A stretch of DNA of 64,000 nucleotides, from positions 434,001 through 498,000 of the forward strand of contig JBBPEB010000024.1 in the NCBI GenBank assembly GCA_039096225.1, in the 5' to 3' direction. Position 1 is the first letter of the stretch, and each line of letters begins with the position of its first letter. Shown in pieces: positions 1-15,739 of the stretch. Source of the DNA: Blastocystis sp. Blastoise (lineage: Eukaryota; Protista; Bigyra: Opalinata). The notes beneath the pieces were generated by a model that was not told the DNA's origin, made no database searches, and saw only the letters and a program-made list of their open reading frames with translations. Both the position numbers and the translations under genes were made by a program.

Positions 1-3000
1 TCATGGTGCTGATCTTACTCCTAAAGCTGAAGACTTTGTTGCTTATATGTATCTTGTTGATGGTCGTATGTATTTAGTGTTATATATATATATATATATT
101 TTATTTTAAATATTTTTTAAATATGAATAATAATTATATTAATAAATTATATATTAATAAATAAATGTTTGTATTCATTATTATATATTATTTATATATA
201 GCTCAAGTTACTCGTACTCATGATGGTTCTATTAATTCTAATCATATGAATGATTGGGACAGTCAAAGAGCTGATAAAGCTTTTGATGATGATATTAATA
301 CTGAATGGTTCTACAATGCCTTACCTGCTTGGATTGATTATAACTTTGATAATTCTAGAAAGGAAACTATTAATCGTTATTCAATTACTTGTGGTGTTGT
401 TCAGACCCCTCGTCGTCCTAGTTCTTGGAAAGTAGAAGGTACTAATGATGATGAAACTTATGTCCTTCTTGATTACAGAACTAATATGAATTTCCCTGAA
501 CGTGGATTTACTATGACTTTTGATCTTAATACTAATAAAATTGCTTATAAGACTTATCGTTTTACTGTTTGTATGTTTATATATATATACTTACTAAAAG
601 TATTTTTTATAGTATCATATAAATATTATTTTATTCTTATATTTTTTATTTAAAAAATGCTATGACCATTATTTTATATAGTAACTTCCTTAAATAATCA
701 TTATCAAGGTGAACTTGCTGAAATTCAATATTATGGTGCTAATAAGGCTTCTGTTGCTCCTGTTCTTAGTTATAGTTCTTCTAACTTAGTTCTTATTGCT
801 AATATGGATACTATAAATGAATACCCTGCTGTTACTGGTTTCACTAGTTTCACTATGACTCCTGATATTTCTGAAGGTCTTTCTTTTGATAATTCAACTG
901 GTTTAATTACTGGTACTCCTAGTACTTCTATTCCTACTCAATCTTATGTTATTACTGCTATTTATTCTTTAACTGGTGAAACTCAAACTGCTACTGTTTC
1001 TATTACTGTTAGTGAATGTGTTGCTCCTAATGTAAGAATTGATTTAGAAAAATATACTGCTTCTAATGTTTTATATGGTTATGATGAATATTTTGATTTA
1101 TATAATAATCAAAATCAATTAATTGCTACTCATAAGAGTCAAATGTATTATCATGATAGTGATTATTATCCTGCTACTCAAACTTGGAAGTATTGTTTAC
1201 CTGGTGCTCTTTATAAAATTAAAGCTTATGGTGTTGGTTCTGATGGCTGGTCTGGTAACTCTCGTTTAACTACTACTATTTATAATGGTTATACTTCTTA
1301 TAATGATCATACTTTTACTTTATATCAGAAAAAATCTGATGAATTCCTTATTAATGCTAAATTTGAAACTCCTGTTTCTACTTTTGGTTTATTTAATCAA
1401 AATGCTAATCCTCTTGAAAATTGGTATCTTCCTACTTTTATTAGTGACGGTTGGACTCCTATTGTTGATAATACTCCTGTAGGTGCTTCGAATGGTGTTT
1501 GGTATATTCGTCAAACTTATACTATTTCTGATCTTGCTAATATTAATTCTTGGGAATATCAATTTACTATGAGAGCTGGTATTATTGTTTATCTTGATGG
1601 TGAAGAAATCTATAGAAATAATCTTCATGCTGATGCTGTTGTTGCTTTTGATTCTTTTGCTTATTCAGGTGTTGCTTCTACTGAAGCTTATGTATGGGGT
1701 GCTGTAACTGGTACTATGGCTAAAATGACTGTTGGTACTCATGTTTTTGCTATTGCTTATGTCAATAAAGCAGGTTATACTGCTATTGAAGCTGATTTCA
1801 TTGGCAAACTTCATTTATTAGCTTCTTCTAATAAATCTAGTAGAACTAATTATATTGGTATCTGGGTAACTAATGAAGCTAATCCTGATGATGCTGCTCA
1901 ATCTCATGTTTTTGATCATGATCATACTTCTCATTGGATTTCTACTGGTAGTACTTCTTCTCCTGTTGAAGTTAGAGGTAGATTTGCTGCTAACAGATTA
2001 GAAACTATTAATAAATATTGTATTACTAAAGCTAGATATGGTAGTAATGCTGATCCTATGTCTTTTAAGATAGTTGCTTCTAAATTTGTTACCTCTGTTT
2101 GGACTACTCTTGATGAACATAATGATATTGAATGGAATAATTATTCTGAAACTCGTTGTTTTATTATGCCTTTCCAAACTACTGCTTATTATCAATATAA
2201 GATTCAAATTACAAAGACTCCTTCTTTAAGTGGTGGTAAGATGACTGCTGCTATTGCTGAATGGGAATGGTTTACTGTTGATTATACTAATTTTGTTGTA
2301 CCTGAATTCGCTTATACTACTTCTTCTTATGTTGCTTATAAAGATATTTCTATGTCTAATAATAATCCTACTACTGAATATTTCAGAGATTTCACTATTA
2401 CACCTGCTCTTCCTGCTGGTATTACTCTTTCTGCTTCTACTGGTAAGATTGGTGGTATTCCAACTGCTGTTGCTCCTCAAACTACTTATACTATAACTGC
2501 TGTAAATGTTCAAAATATTATTGTTTCTACTTCAATTGTTCTTACTGTTGCTGAATGTGTTTCTCCTCTTACTCCTCTTGTTCTTTCTTTTACTGGTATG
2601 AGTACTGGTAATACTCAAGAAGTTGGTTTTGCTCTTCTTGATGTTAGTGGTAACTATATCGTTCAAGTTCCTAGATTCTCTAATTGGCAAGGTGATATGA
2701 CTTATTCTTTCTGTACTACTTCTTCTAAACATTATCTTGTTCTCTATGATCAAAAGAATGATGGTTGGAGTAATCAAAAAGTTGCTGTTTCTTTTGGTGG
2801 TGTTGCTGCTGGTTCTTATAGTTGTGGTAATGGTGAAGCTCCTAAGACTATTACTATTGCTCCTGGTTTTGGTCTTGAAATGGGTGCTGCTACTTGGAAA
2901 TATACTTCTCCTTCTACTGCTCCTGCTGCTGAATGGAAACTTGCTTCTTTTGATGATGCTGATTGGTCTCAAGCTGTTAGTGGTTCTTTTACTGATTTAA

Positions 3001-3099
3001 CTGCTACTACTGCTTATTATAGATATAAAATGAATATTATTAATCTTGATGGTTATAATTACTTTGAGTTTTCACTTAAACTTAAGGCTGGTTGTATTG
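1..3099 (+). CDS. 5' part (starts before the window) of a giant surface protein: discoidin/F5-8 type C-like, putative Ig (He_PIG-like) and jelly-roll domains; interrupted at 3099/3100 by a CACTA element
   Basis: GT-AG introns at about 67-201 and 571-681 join the reading frames into ORF 804..3143. Motifs: 'AFDDDINTEW...INRYSIT...PSSWKVEGTND' (discoidin-like) and 'ITPALPAGITLSASTGKIGGIPT' (putative Ig). The ORF reads into the transposon and stops at 3143. Confidence 0.85.
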
Positions 3100-4049
3100 C
3101 ACTGGTAGGCATTTTTCATGGGACTAAAAATAAGACAAACTAGAAATTGTTGCTAAATATTTTTAAGACTGTTTCAGATGTATAGAATTTCTATGTTCTT
3201 TCATAAAATATGATTAGTTTATTAATGATTTTTAACCAATAAAATAATGAAAATAGTCCAATAGTATTATCACGATTTTTCTGGAAAATTATTGCTAACG
3301 ATAATATATAATAATTCCAGAATTCTATAGAATATTCTTTAAAAGAGTTATTAATTAAAAAAATAGTTTTTTTTTAGTTTTAATATACATCAATATAAAC
3401 ATTAGTAAAAACAAACAAAACAATGATTTATAACTAAAATTTATAATAACAACAACTTTTTGTTAAAGAGCATTACATAACTCATATTTAGTTAACATAT
3501 AAAAGAAATATTAATCAACTATATAAATAAAAATAAGAATGAATAGAAATAGTAATAGTATATCATACAATAATAAATATATATATACAATTAAAGGCAC
3601 TGCTCATATTATTGTGGAAGAAAAACTGATCTATAAATTATATGAAATAAATAATGTATAGAAATATTTAATATATATATATATATATACATAGAATAGA
3701 TTAAACTGAATGTAACGGGCAATTATACAATCAAAAAGAATCTATATAAAAAGAATTAATAAAATAAATGAAAAGATATATACTCAGAATGCTTTATATT
3801 TACAAATTGTAATAAATCTATTTAAAAATAATGAAAATTAGTATATATATATATATATAATACATACATTTTAAATATATTATTATAATAAATGAATAAG
3901 TTTTTAAGGATCTAAGAATTCATGACGTCATAACTAATGTATATTTCATTACTATATAAAGATAATTATAAATAAAGAAAATATTTTATAGTATAGTATA
4001 ATATACAAAACCTAATAGAATAATAATAATAAAATATAAAACAATTTAT

Positions 4050-5020
4050 ATCTTAAATATATATGAGATTCAACTGCGTCAACTTATTTTAGATTTTTAT
4101 AAAATAAAGAAACAATAATAAAATAAATAGCCAATAGGATATACTTGTGAATGACGAAGACTGTGTTCCATAAGTTTGTCATAACTATTCTGCAATCTTT
4201 CGATGACTACGTAATTTGTTTTATACGCATACGTAGTTTTATCAAAAAAATCTGGATTCCTTTTCCATTGCAAAGCCTATATATGATAATTCATCTAAAT
4301 TTTTGTGTTAATATAGAATATATAATACATACCAAAAAATCACTTCTTATTTTTTTTTATCTTCTACTTTATATCCATCTTTATCTAGTAATAAAAACCC
4401 AAAGGAAGATGCAAAGTCTCCATGAGTCTTTTTATCATAAAGAGATTTTTTCACACATCTAATAATATCGTAATCACTTAGTGATTCGACATTTTTATAT
4501 TGACACATATAATCCTTTACTATTTTTAAAATAATATCCAATAATTTATTTTCATCATCAAGAAGTGTTTTACCATTATTTTGAATAAACATATTCTTTG
4601 CATCTATTAAGTCTCCTTCATTAATAACATAGGGTATGTATTTTAAGCAATTCTATAAATTTTTAATAGAAATTATAGTATTGAAGTCTAATATATAAAA
4701 GTCTAATATACCTTTATTTGTTTTGTCGAAGCTTTATTAGCTGACACATTTATATTTCTTTTGAGAGCTTCTTTCCGAAAGAATGTTTCCATGTCATATG
4801 TCAAATAATGACATTTTTTAGTTTCTAAAAATGTAATATAATTAATAATTAATATACTTAACATTTCAGGATATAGTATCGAACGATAAAACTCATGAAA
4901 AGCTCCAAACAGTTTCAATTTAAATTTCTTTACTCTTTCAATATCATTTATTTTTGCAGTATTTCTATAATTCCCAGTATAAACATTATATAAAATAGTT
5001 TTATGTTACTTTTGTTGCAT
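4050..5020 (-). CDS. Spliced hypothetical accessory/cargo gene inside the CACTA element (one frameshift in an A9 run; 3' end uncertain)
   Basis: ATG at 5020 and GT-AG introns link MQQK|NTAKINDIERVKKFKLKLFGAFHEF... to ORFs 4703..4918 and 4347..4592. The next exon ALQWKRNPDFFDK... is in frame only if the T9 run at 4350-4358 is one base longer. No recognisable domain. Confidence 0.45.
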
Positions 5021-5448
5021 GGTTAACGATAAGCTAAAGATTAAAAAATATATCTTTTTTTATTTATTTTTCTATTGTTTGTCTTAAAACAAATATAATA
5101 ATTTTATTAAAATATATTTTATTTATATTTATGTAATATATTTATTTCTGTAAATCTTATAATTGATGATCTTGTTGCAAAAATTGGTTTATCAAACAAA
5201 AAGAAAATTATACAATTTTGTATTATTAATAATATACTTAATATACAGGATATAGATAAGACAACGTTAATATGTTTCTTAGTATTTAAATGAGATATTC
5301 AATTAAGAAGATGATAATATTAATAGTATACAAACTATCATTTATAATATTATTTTCATTTGAAAACTATATAAGTTAAAATAAATTATATAAATAATCA
5401 ATCTAAATTAGAAATAAAAATGAGAGGAAGAATTACTATAATAAAAGG

Positions 5449-5482
<34 letters not shown>

Positions 5483-6251
5483 CTTTGTGTATTTTCAATT
5501 ACTTTCTTATTATTTCATTTAATTAAATGATTGTTGTAAGATACTATCTAAACTATATATAAAATAAAAAATATTCAAAGATTTATTAAACAAAATATGA
5601 AAAACATTATAGAATATAATTAAAATATATTCTAGTATATAATAGTATATACTACTAAACCATATACATCTTGAGAATTCATATAAGAATATATCATATT
5701 GCTTAAATTTACAGTTTGAATCATATAGTAAGCATTCTTGTAATTGTTAATATAGATATAAATATATTATTATCATTTCTATGTAAACAAATTATTAATA
5801 AAGAAATATATTAATATTGAAACGCTTATTTATGAAAATAATTAGAAGAAAAAAAACAAGATAGAAAGTAAATATGTTCTCTAATCATTTATCCATGAAA
5901 GTAAAAACTTAATTCAACTTATTCCATATTGAAAAATTTGGCTATTTTGAAATATCAGCAATAAATTAATTCTAATATAAATCCAATATTCTCTAATATT
6001 TACATTTGTAACATTATTTTGTGTTTAACTACCTAAATAAAGATTAAGCATCAATTTTTCATTCAAATAATCTACAATCATAAAAATCATGCCGACATTA
6101 AGTTTATGTAATTCCAAAAATTGTTAACACATAACCATGAACTTCATTAAGAAACCAAAATTATTGGGAATAATTGTTATAAAAGTATTTCTATCCATGA
6201 AAAAAAAGGAAATAATCAGAAAAAATTAAAAAGTTATATTCAACATTACTA

Positions 6252-9200
6252 ATGACAGGACGTCAATATGATCTTCCTGGGTTTCCATCAAAACGTAGAT
6301 GTAAGAGACTTTTAATTTTATTTATATATTTAGCAATTTCAACTGATCATGTCTCTCTTCATGAAGAGAATATAATCATCGAAACTTCTCACTTGATGGA
6401 AGAATTAGATTCAGATGAAGACGTGAACTCAAACAGTACCAAACAAATATCTGATGTATTTTTGGAAAAAATTATAAATTCGGTATTTTAAAAACATTAT
6501 AATATTTTATTTTATATATTTTTTATTTCATATAACTCTCTTTAAACTATTTAGAAGCCATCATCAAAAAATAATATAAATGATAATTCAAGAATTGAAG
6601 ATTTCGTTTATGATTGTTGGTGTCAGCTTAAAATAAGTACTGAGAAGATTAAGAAACTATACGAACTAATAAATGATGTCATAAAACTTTTGGTTCCTGA
6701 ACATGAATTACTTTTTGTTCCAAAGAATGGGCAGGATATAATACGGAAATACTGTTCTTGCCATTCTGAAACTCCACTACATAAAAATATCTACATATGT
6801 GATAATTGTAAAGAACTAGTATCATTTAATGGAGGAAGAAATCTACTTAATAAAGAAAAGACTCAATGTAAAAACGAGGAATGTAGTGAAAGCAAAAGTA
6901 TATATATATATATATAATTAATTTCTATCTATACTACTATTATTCTTTTTATTATTATTCTTTCTATTATATTTATTTTCTTTTCTTCATATAATATATG
7001 ACAATACAAGATATTATTTATTATATATAACGTTTTATATATATTCTTATAGTATATGATACACTATTTATATGTGAATATAAATTAACTTTCATTATTC
7101 TGATTAATATTTTATTTATATAAAGGCATAAAAGTGTCTGTTATACCTTTAATCCCACGTATACGTTACTTGATGTCTTCTAAACCATTAATACAAGATA
7201 TTAGTTATTACAAGAAGGAGGAAATTCAATACTATTTATCTATACCAATAGAACATTTGCCAAGTACAATTCCAGAATATATGTTAGGACAAAATTATCG
7301 CAAATATATGAATAAAGTTATTAATAATGGTGATATTTTCTTATTTTTTGATTTAACTTGTGATGGAATTTGTGTCTTTTCAAATCCTATCTCTGATACT
7401 AATCAATCATCTTTTCCTATTCTTCTTAAATTATTAAATTATAATAATACTAGATTACATGATCAGAGAGTATTCTGGACATATTGTATAACAAAAGAAT
7501 CGCTATCTAATACTGTTCTTGCATTACTTATGAAAGAGTTAATTCTTCTATCATCTGGAATTGAAATGGATGTATTTATTAATGAACGAATTGAAAAAAA
7601 GCGAGTTGTAGCAGTTCTACTAAATGTTTATGGGGATTGTATGGCTATTACAAGCGTTGGAAGCTTTACTGGACCCTCTTCAACATTCCCATGTAGATAT
7701 TGTGAGATTTCTTGGAATAGAAAGAACGAAGGCTTTCACGAAGGTATAAAATGTGCTTATAAGAGTATAAAGAAATATATTCATTTAACAGAAGATAAGA
7801 AAAAGATAAATGAAATTCTATATCCTTCTGTTTTTGTAGCCATAAATGATTCTAATATATCTCCAACTACTCCTCTTATAGATGATTTACCTGTTACTAC
7901 TAATACTATTATTGACAAATTTCCTAATGAATGTATATACTATGATGCTTTTGAAGAAAAGGAATATTCACAGAGAACACAAGAAACAATAAATATGAAT
8001 AGATGCAATTCATCTGAAAATGGATCTTTCTTAGGTATTAAACATAATCCTGGTATCTTCGAATCATTGGCATACTTTGATGCATCTACTAGTTATTTAC
8101 TAGATCCCATGCATCTATTCAATAATATTTGTACTCTAATTTTAAATTTATTATTTCATTACAATGTAGCTGATTATACTTCTAAGATATCTAAAAATAA
8201 GGCATTAAACCCTGAATCAATTCTTAGTACATTTTGTTTAAAAGATGAAAATATATCAATTCTTAACTCCAGGATTTTAGCCATTAATACACTATATAAT
8301 GATAATGAATATGAGTTTAGGTATATTCTAAATGAAAAAAAATTTTGGAACATGTCCTCTCACACAAGGATTTTCTTCACTTCTTGTATTCTTCCATTAA
8401 TAACTTTAGATTTTAATTCCAGTGATTCACCGCTTGTTGTACTTATTGACCCTTTAGCTACAATAATACGTCAAGTATACCTATATCATGGTAATACATC
8501 AAAGCATTTATTGGAAGTGTTTAGAGATCAATGTAATATATTTTGCTTTTTGTGTGAGCTTTTGATACCAAAGGAGCTTCTAAATACTCAAATTCATCTT
8601 GTACAACATCTTTACTATTCAATAATAAACTCTGGTTCTATCTTCTCTGGATCTACCTATCAATCAGAAAGGTTTTATTCTTTTCTTAAAAGAATTTCTT
8701 TTGGAAGAAAGAATTTTAATGAGTCGTCTATTAGACGTATTATAGAAAGAGAAGTAGCAGATATGAATACAACAACTAATATAAGTGATGATATAACTGA
8801 TGAAACGCAACTAGAGATTAATAAAGAACTATATAATGAAGAGGAATCTATTATTAACGATGATATATCAAATAAGGAATTAATATGTGAAAGTTACAAT
8901 ACCATTATAGTTAATAGAAACAAAATTAGTACCGTTAAAGGAATTCGAGGATCAGAAAGAATTGACTTATCTGATAATGACATGAAAGAAATAATAAACA
9001 TAATTCTAGCATCAAATGATGAGTCACTCAAAGAAATACTGTTCCATAATGTAAATAAAAATGATATTGTTCCTTATGATATTCTAACTGATTCAAACAT
9101 ATGTAATATTATAATTAATAATTTAAGAAGAATAATTATGACATTTTATTCAGAAGTATTAATAAACGATTCAGTTATATTTACTTGTTCAGATATAGAT

Positions 9201-9675
9201 GAAGGGATTGAAACCACTGATAACTCATACATAATGTATTTCACACATGATCAAGGAAGAGAAAGAAACGTACATTTAATTAAATCACTTTGCTACATTC
9301 AAATAGGATCGTTGGTAATAATAAAACAATATGAATATCCAGAAGTACGAATATCTAATACAGGATTATTCTATATTATTAATGATTCAAATGAAATTTT
9401 ATCAAAAAGAAAACGAGATTTTCCAAAATTTATATCTATATGTAATATTGAACCAGATAATTTGATTATTGCAGATATTCATGAATATAGGCAAACAAAA
9501 GTTGATGACTCATATGTTCCAGAAAATGTATATATATATATATTCTCTTTAATATAACAATTATTTATGTATATAGGAAAAGGAAGGAGAAGAAGGAAAT
9601 AATAAAAGGGTTGTGACTTCTAATACAGTTATCACAAATACTGTATTTATGACTCGTAATAAAATTTCAATATAA
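6252..9675 (+). CDS. CACTA/EnSpm-type DDE transposase (Transposase_21/TnpD-like), 5 exons
   Basis: Introns at about 6301-6333, 6483-6553, 6898-7125 and 9528-9576 join in frame. N-terminal Cys cluster (YICDNC...CKNEEC). Motifs 'LTCDGICVF', 'YGDCMAITSVGSFTGPSSTFPCRYC', 'LLDPMHLF', 'QIHLVQHL' and 'YQSERFYSFLKR' are typical of CMC transposases. Confidence 0.88.
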
Positions 9676-12600
9676 TTGCGATAGCCAATATATGAATAAC
9701 AATAACCTTTACTTTTTTATATTATAAATACTAATAATTTTATTATATTATATATAATATCATTTTCTTTTATGTTTTCATATTATAAATCATTTAAATT
9801 TCATATATATATATATATATATATATTTTTATGTTATGCATGATTTTATCTTTTACATTCTTGTAATGTGTATCTAATATCCATTTCTTTTATATTCTTA
9901 TAATATATTTAACGTATTTTAACTAAAGTTATGTAATAATTTCATTTTGTATTTCAAATAATATCAATATTCTTTGTATTCATCAATATTAAATTTAATA
10001 ATGAACTATTACTACATAAAACAATCAGATAAAATGAGATAATATATTTGAACTATTCTCATTAATGCTAGGTATACATTTAAAATGAAGAAATAAAGTA
10101 TTATTGTTGGAATAATGTATAAAGAATCAAGTTATATTGTAGTAATACAAGAGTTGTAGCAATAAATACATGCCAATTAAATATAATAGGACGTAATGAT
10201 TTAAAATATAGTAATAAAATATGACAGAAAGAGAAGATTATTTAGAAGAATAAACGCAATATAAATTTCTTTCATTATGTGAAATAGCAATTTAAATGGG
10301 AAATGTTTATTACATTTATTTAGCTATATTTAAATAATATTTAAAAAAAAATAATCATATCAGTTAATATATTTTTAAGGTCTTACAAAAGTGATTATAT
10401 ATAATCATCAGGAGTTTTGTTAGAATGAATAATTTAGGAGAAATGTATTCTATTATGAATAGTATGCAAATTCTTCAAATAACATTATTTGATAATAAAT
10501 TAAATGAATATTACTATTAGATCTTTACCTCATCTACTGTTTAGCGCATAATTCATAATTTATAAAAAAAAATAGCTATACATAAGATGAAGACTAGTTT
10601 GTAGAAATATGTCGATGTAGGAAGTATAGTTAGAAGAATAATTTATTCGATTTCGTTAATAGTTTCCTATAAGGATTAACGTTATTCTATTATCATTATT
10701 AAGATAATTATTAGTATAACTAAAATTTTTTGAACAAATAAATAGATAGATAGATAGATTTAATATCAATTTAATGTAGAAATATAACTATAAAATACAA
10801 TATATTTGGATCAAGGGAGTTATTATTGTCCATATAAATAACTATATTCACATTATTACGAAGTAGTTGTTCAATTATATGCATTTTAAATATAGTATTG
10901 ATTATTATATAGAATTAGTTCTAGTTATAAGTATTGACATAGAAGTAGTAGTAATAAGTAGGACATTAAGTTGACGTGACTATGATAATTCCTATTAAAT
11001 TTGATGGAACATAGTTATAGTATGAATAACATTAGTATATAACGATAAAATAAAATAATAAGAATAAAAAAATGCAGATATAGAAGTAAATACAATATTA
11101 GATATAATAAATAAGTATAAATGGTTCTAAATTAATCATCGATTCATAATAAAAATGACACAGCATATATATAATGATACAAAAAAATATATAAATCATA
11201 ACACTATAATTAGTAGTACCATAAGAATAATAGTTTCTAGGAATAATACGAATATAAAACATTATCAATTGAAGGATAAGATTAATAGAGGATTGATAAT
11301 TGTTATAGATAATTCTTGAATATTAAATATACTGAAATATAAGTATCATTATTCATAGTATGTATGGACATAGTATACATATAATAGAAATCTTTATTCA
11401 ATTCATTATATCATTTGAAATATTAAATATTTATTTTATACTATTAATGAATTTCTATACTAATAATAGTTTACAAACAAAATGAATGATCTTCAATAAT
11501 GCAGACATCATCAATAATTGCATTATAGCAGATATTCAATAGGAATAGTTGAGTGCTCAAATTAGAAATAAGTATTAGTAACAACTAATTACTAATAGAT
11601 AGTTTGAGATAACACTAATAATTGTTAAAAGATCAATAAAGTGGTTAATACAAAATGAGAAAGGTAATATGAAGATAACATATTGTTCAAAAAAATATAG
11701 AGAATAGTCTCATTTGTATATCTAATAAAGTATTAATTACTTTATAGGAATCCATATAATGATATAATAATAACCCATTATAAATAAAGCATAAATATGC
11801 ATTTAAATATGTTGAATACTTATTACGACCAGTAAAGTAATTTGTATATCAAACATAACTAATGGCATAAATTATTATAACATAAATATTAATAATTTTA
11901 TATTGTAATGCTACATAATATGTAGTAATATTAAAATAATACTTTATATAACAATATAAAAACAAATGTAGTAGTACAAATAAAATATCATGTATTATAT
12001 GAATTGCTTATAATGAACAATACATAATTGGAACTTAGTGTATGCTTCATAACGATTAAAATCGTATCATATATTATTTATATATATGTCCCATGATATT
12101 TCTTTTTATATTTTCTGATATATTAAGTTAAAGTTCTAGAAAAATTTATATTAAAAATTATTATATAACATGTAATAGCAAGATTTATAATGCTAATAAT
12201 AATAAGAATCTGCATAATTATTTCATTAAAAAATGAAGAGAAACCATTAAATAATCTGGAATTTTAAATTAGATTAGTATGCTTTCATTATTAATTATAT
12301 TAAATAATATTTGCTCTCCTTCAATAAGAGATAATAAACTATGATAGTATTATATTCGTGTTTTATAAAACTCGTTATCTTTGCATATCTTATTTTATAA
12401 TAACTCTTCAATGGAAATAATATTATATTAAATAATGATTGCAATAATTACTTTATACTTCATATTCTAATATATTATCTTATATTATTAATCTGCCATT
12501 AATTATGTCACTATACTTATATCTAATATAGTTTATAATCTTATTTCGATCAAATATTTCACGTATACTATTTGATATTTTAAATATTATAAAAAATTAA

Positions 12601-14031
12601 ACATTGTATTAATTATATTGTTATTACTAATAATATTCTATCAAGAAAATATTTTGCTTTTTGCTTTTTCTATACATTTTAACCATAATATTTTATATAC
12701 TTATTGTAATAATAGTAATAATAAGTGCTATTAAAATGTAGGAATGGTAGTAATAGTGTTAAATATTTGTAGTATGTAATAGAACTACCAATAGTTACAT
12801 AAACAACGATAATAGCATGAAAATAAAATTACTAAAAGTAGAAACAGTAGTCATAGTAGATAGGAGTATAATAGAAGTAATAGTATCATATAAATGAATC
12901 ATATGAATAGTAATAATTTTTATTTTAGAAGAATAATAGACAAATAATGAGCCAGTAAGAATAATAGCTTTGCAATAATTGTAATAGTGATATAATTAAT
13001 GAAATACAAGCAGAAATAGTTATAACCCAACTAATAACATAGTAAGAGATAAAAATAGTAGAAGCAGAAATAATTATTATCAATAATATTATAGGAATAA
13101 TAATACAACAAATTTATATATAACAATATAGTAATAATATACGAATTTTAAAAGTATTTTTTGGATAGTATAAAAAAATAATAACAGGATAGATTGAAAT
13201 TTTATAAGAATATAATTACTTGTATAAAGAAGAAGGTAGAATAGTAGTGTCAGTATATAACACAAACAATAAAAGTATTAGTAGTAATATTAAAGGAACC
13301 ATTATTATCATTATAGAAAAGTAACCATAATTTAAATATGCTTAGCTTTATAAGAACTCATAGTAGAAAGAATAACATTAAAAGAATAATAAAAGAATAG
13401 TATAATAATAGTATATAATAATAATAATAATATTAATGTTAGTAGTATTAGAAGTAGAATAATAAGAAGGAATTATATTGTATATTGAAGAAAACACATT
13501 GTTCACGAATTATTTATAAGAGCAGATGAATGAAAGTATTTATATAGATATCGAAATATTTGTATGTATATTATCAAAGTAATTAATGATCGAATAATTA
13601 TATTCATCACATTTCCCTTTTCATGTTCATAAACAAAAAAGTAATGCGTCATCATGGATATATTTATATTAATGAATTTCAAATCGTGTTGATCAAATTT
13701 CATTAGTATGGACTTAAAGAAAGGACTTCTATTGAATAAATTTATCAATATAGATTTGTACATCCAATAGTTGTGTTTTGATAATAAATATGTTTCTTAA
13801 TAACATGATATATAGAATGAGATGAAGATAAAAATTAAAAAAACGATATAGAGTATTTTAAATTCTCATTGAATTCTTTACTGAATTATCTTGAATTTGG
13901 ATCGTTATATCTCTAATATTATTCATATCTACATTTATATTTGTTTCTTCTTCATGATTATGATTTGATTTATAATTCTTTTTCATTTTGTATTTTATAT
14001 TTATATTCTTTGATATAATGAGCATTCTTTT

Positions 14032-14313
14032 TTATATATTATTTAATATACATGTTCTTGGAGGTGGATTAATATAAGGTAATTGTTTTCGTTCTTCTTT
14101 TTCTATATCCATTTCAGATTCATGATCATTCTTTGTATCATTTAATATACCTGATTTATCAATAAATTTATCATTAGGAATATCTTTAGAAGCATTAGTA
14201 TTATTATTATTAGTAGTAGTAGATTTATCATTAGCATGATTATTTGATGAATTATTTCCACGGGAATTTGTTGATACTGTATCTGTTGGTGAGTTTTGAT
14301 TATTATTATTTGA

Positions 14314-14345
<32 letters not shown>

Positions 14346-15252
14346 TAGTATTATTATTATTAGTTTCATTTGATAAATCCATAGAATGATATTCTTCAAA
14401 TAACCGTGAATTTTTATGAGTAGATCCTTCTAAATCTAATAATGTTTTACCATCTATTGAAGATAATGGTTTATTAATATGAATAGAACTATTCTTTATA
14501 GAATTATTGATAGTAGAACTCTTTATACTATCATCTTTAGATTTACTTATTGAAGAATAATCACTTTTAATACTTGATTTTCTCTTTAAAGATTCTTTAG
14601 AAATACTATTCCTTCTATGTTTCACATAATCATCAGAACTATCATCATCATTATTACGACGTTTATTCTTTTCTAATTTCATATTTATACCTTTACGTTT
14701 ATATTTATCTAAATCATTTCCATCTATATTATAAGTAGAATCATAATTATGACGTGAAATAGAATGATAATTTTCTTTTTTATCATTTTTATCATTATCT
14801 ATTTCAAATGTTTCATCATTTTCATTTTCACTTTGATTATCACTATCATCATAATGATAGAATGAACCTCTTCCTCTTCCTCTTCCTCTTCCTCTTCCTC
14901 TTCCTCTTCCTCTTCCATGAGATCGTAATTTACCACGTCCACGACCACGGCCACGAATAATAGGATTAGATACTCTATCGGTATCTGTTATTATACTTGT
15001 AGTATCATCATCATTATCATTATCTTCTTTTTCTTCTTCTTCTTCTTCTTCTCTTTCTTTTATTTCTTCTTCTTCTTCTTCATCATCATCTTCTTCTTTT
15101 CTTTCTTCTCTTGTCTCTTTTTCTTTATGTTTTTCTATTTTTTCTTCTTTTTGTTCTTTTTCTTCTGGTATACTTTCTTCTTTTCTTTCTTTTTCCTCTT
15201 CTTGTATATTATTTATATTTGAATAATCAATACTATGATTTCTATTATTCAT
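14032..15252 (-). CDS. Low-complexity acidic / RG-repeat / Asn-rich ORF inside the CACTA element (probably one exon of a larger, partly degraded gene of about 13500-16340)
   Basis: 406-aa ORF with an E/D tract, (GR)n runs and N runs. Flanking minus-strand ORFs 13503..13763, 15253..15510 and 16067..16276 are separated by intron-like TA-rich spacers but do not splice cleanly. Confidence 0.45.
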
Positions 15253-15694
15253 CTAATTTATATAATTTATAATATTTTTAGAAGAATCATGAATACTATT
15301 ACCTTTAACAGCATAGTTATTCTTATTATTTGATATATCTTTTGAATTATTTATATTTTTATCTTGAGATGAAGAAGATGAAGAATTAGAAACATTTGAT
15401 TCTTTACGATGTTTATTTGAACGCATATTATTATAATCTGTAGATATAGAATAATCTTTAATAAATAGATAAGATTCATCTGTTTCTTTATTATTTTTAT
15501 CTTTATTCATATTATTTATAGCTGATCCATTTATATCAATTTTATTTATTTTATTAGAATTTATATGTAGATTATTTAGTCTAGAACTATCTCTTTTAGA
15601 TCTATATATAAAATATTTTTAGAAAATAAAAAAATTATTAATAATTATAGGGTAATTTATTAATTTTTTAAAGAATACCCGTAATAAATAATCA

Positions 15695-15739
<45 letters not shown>

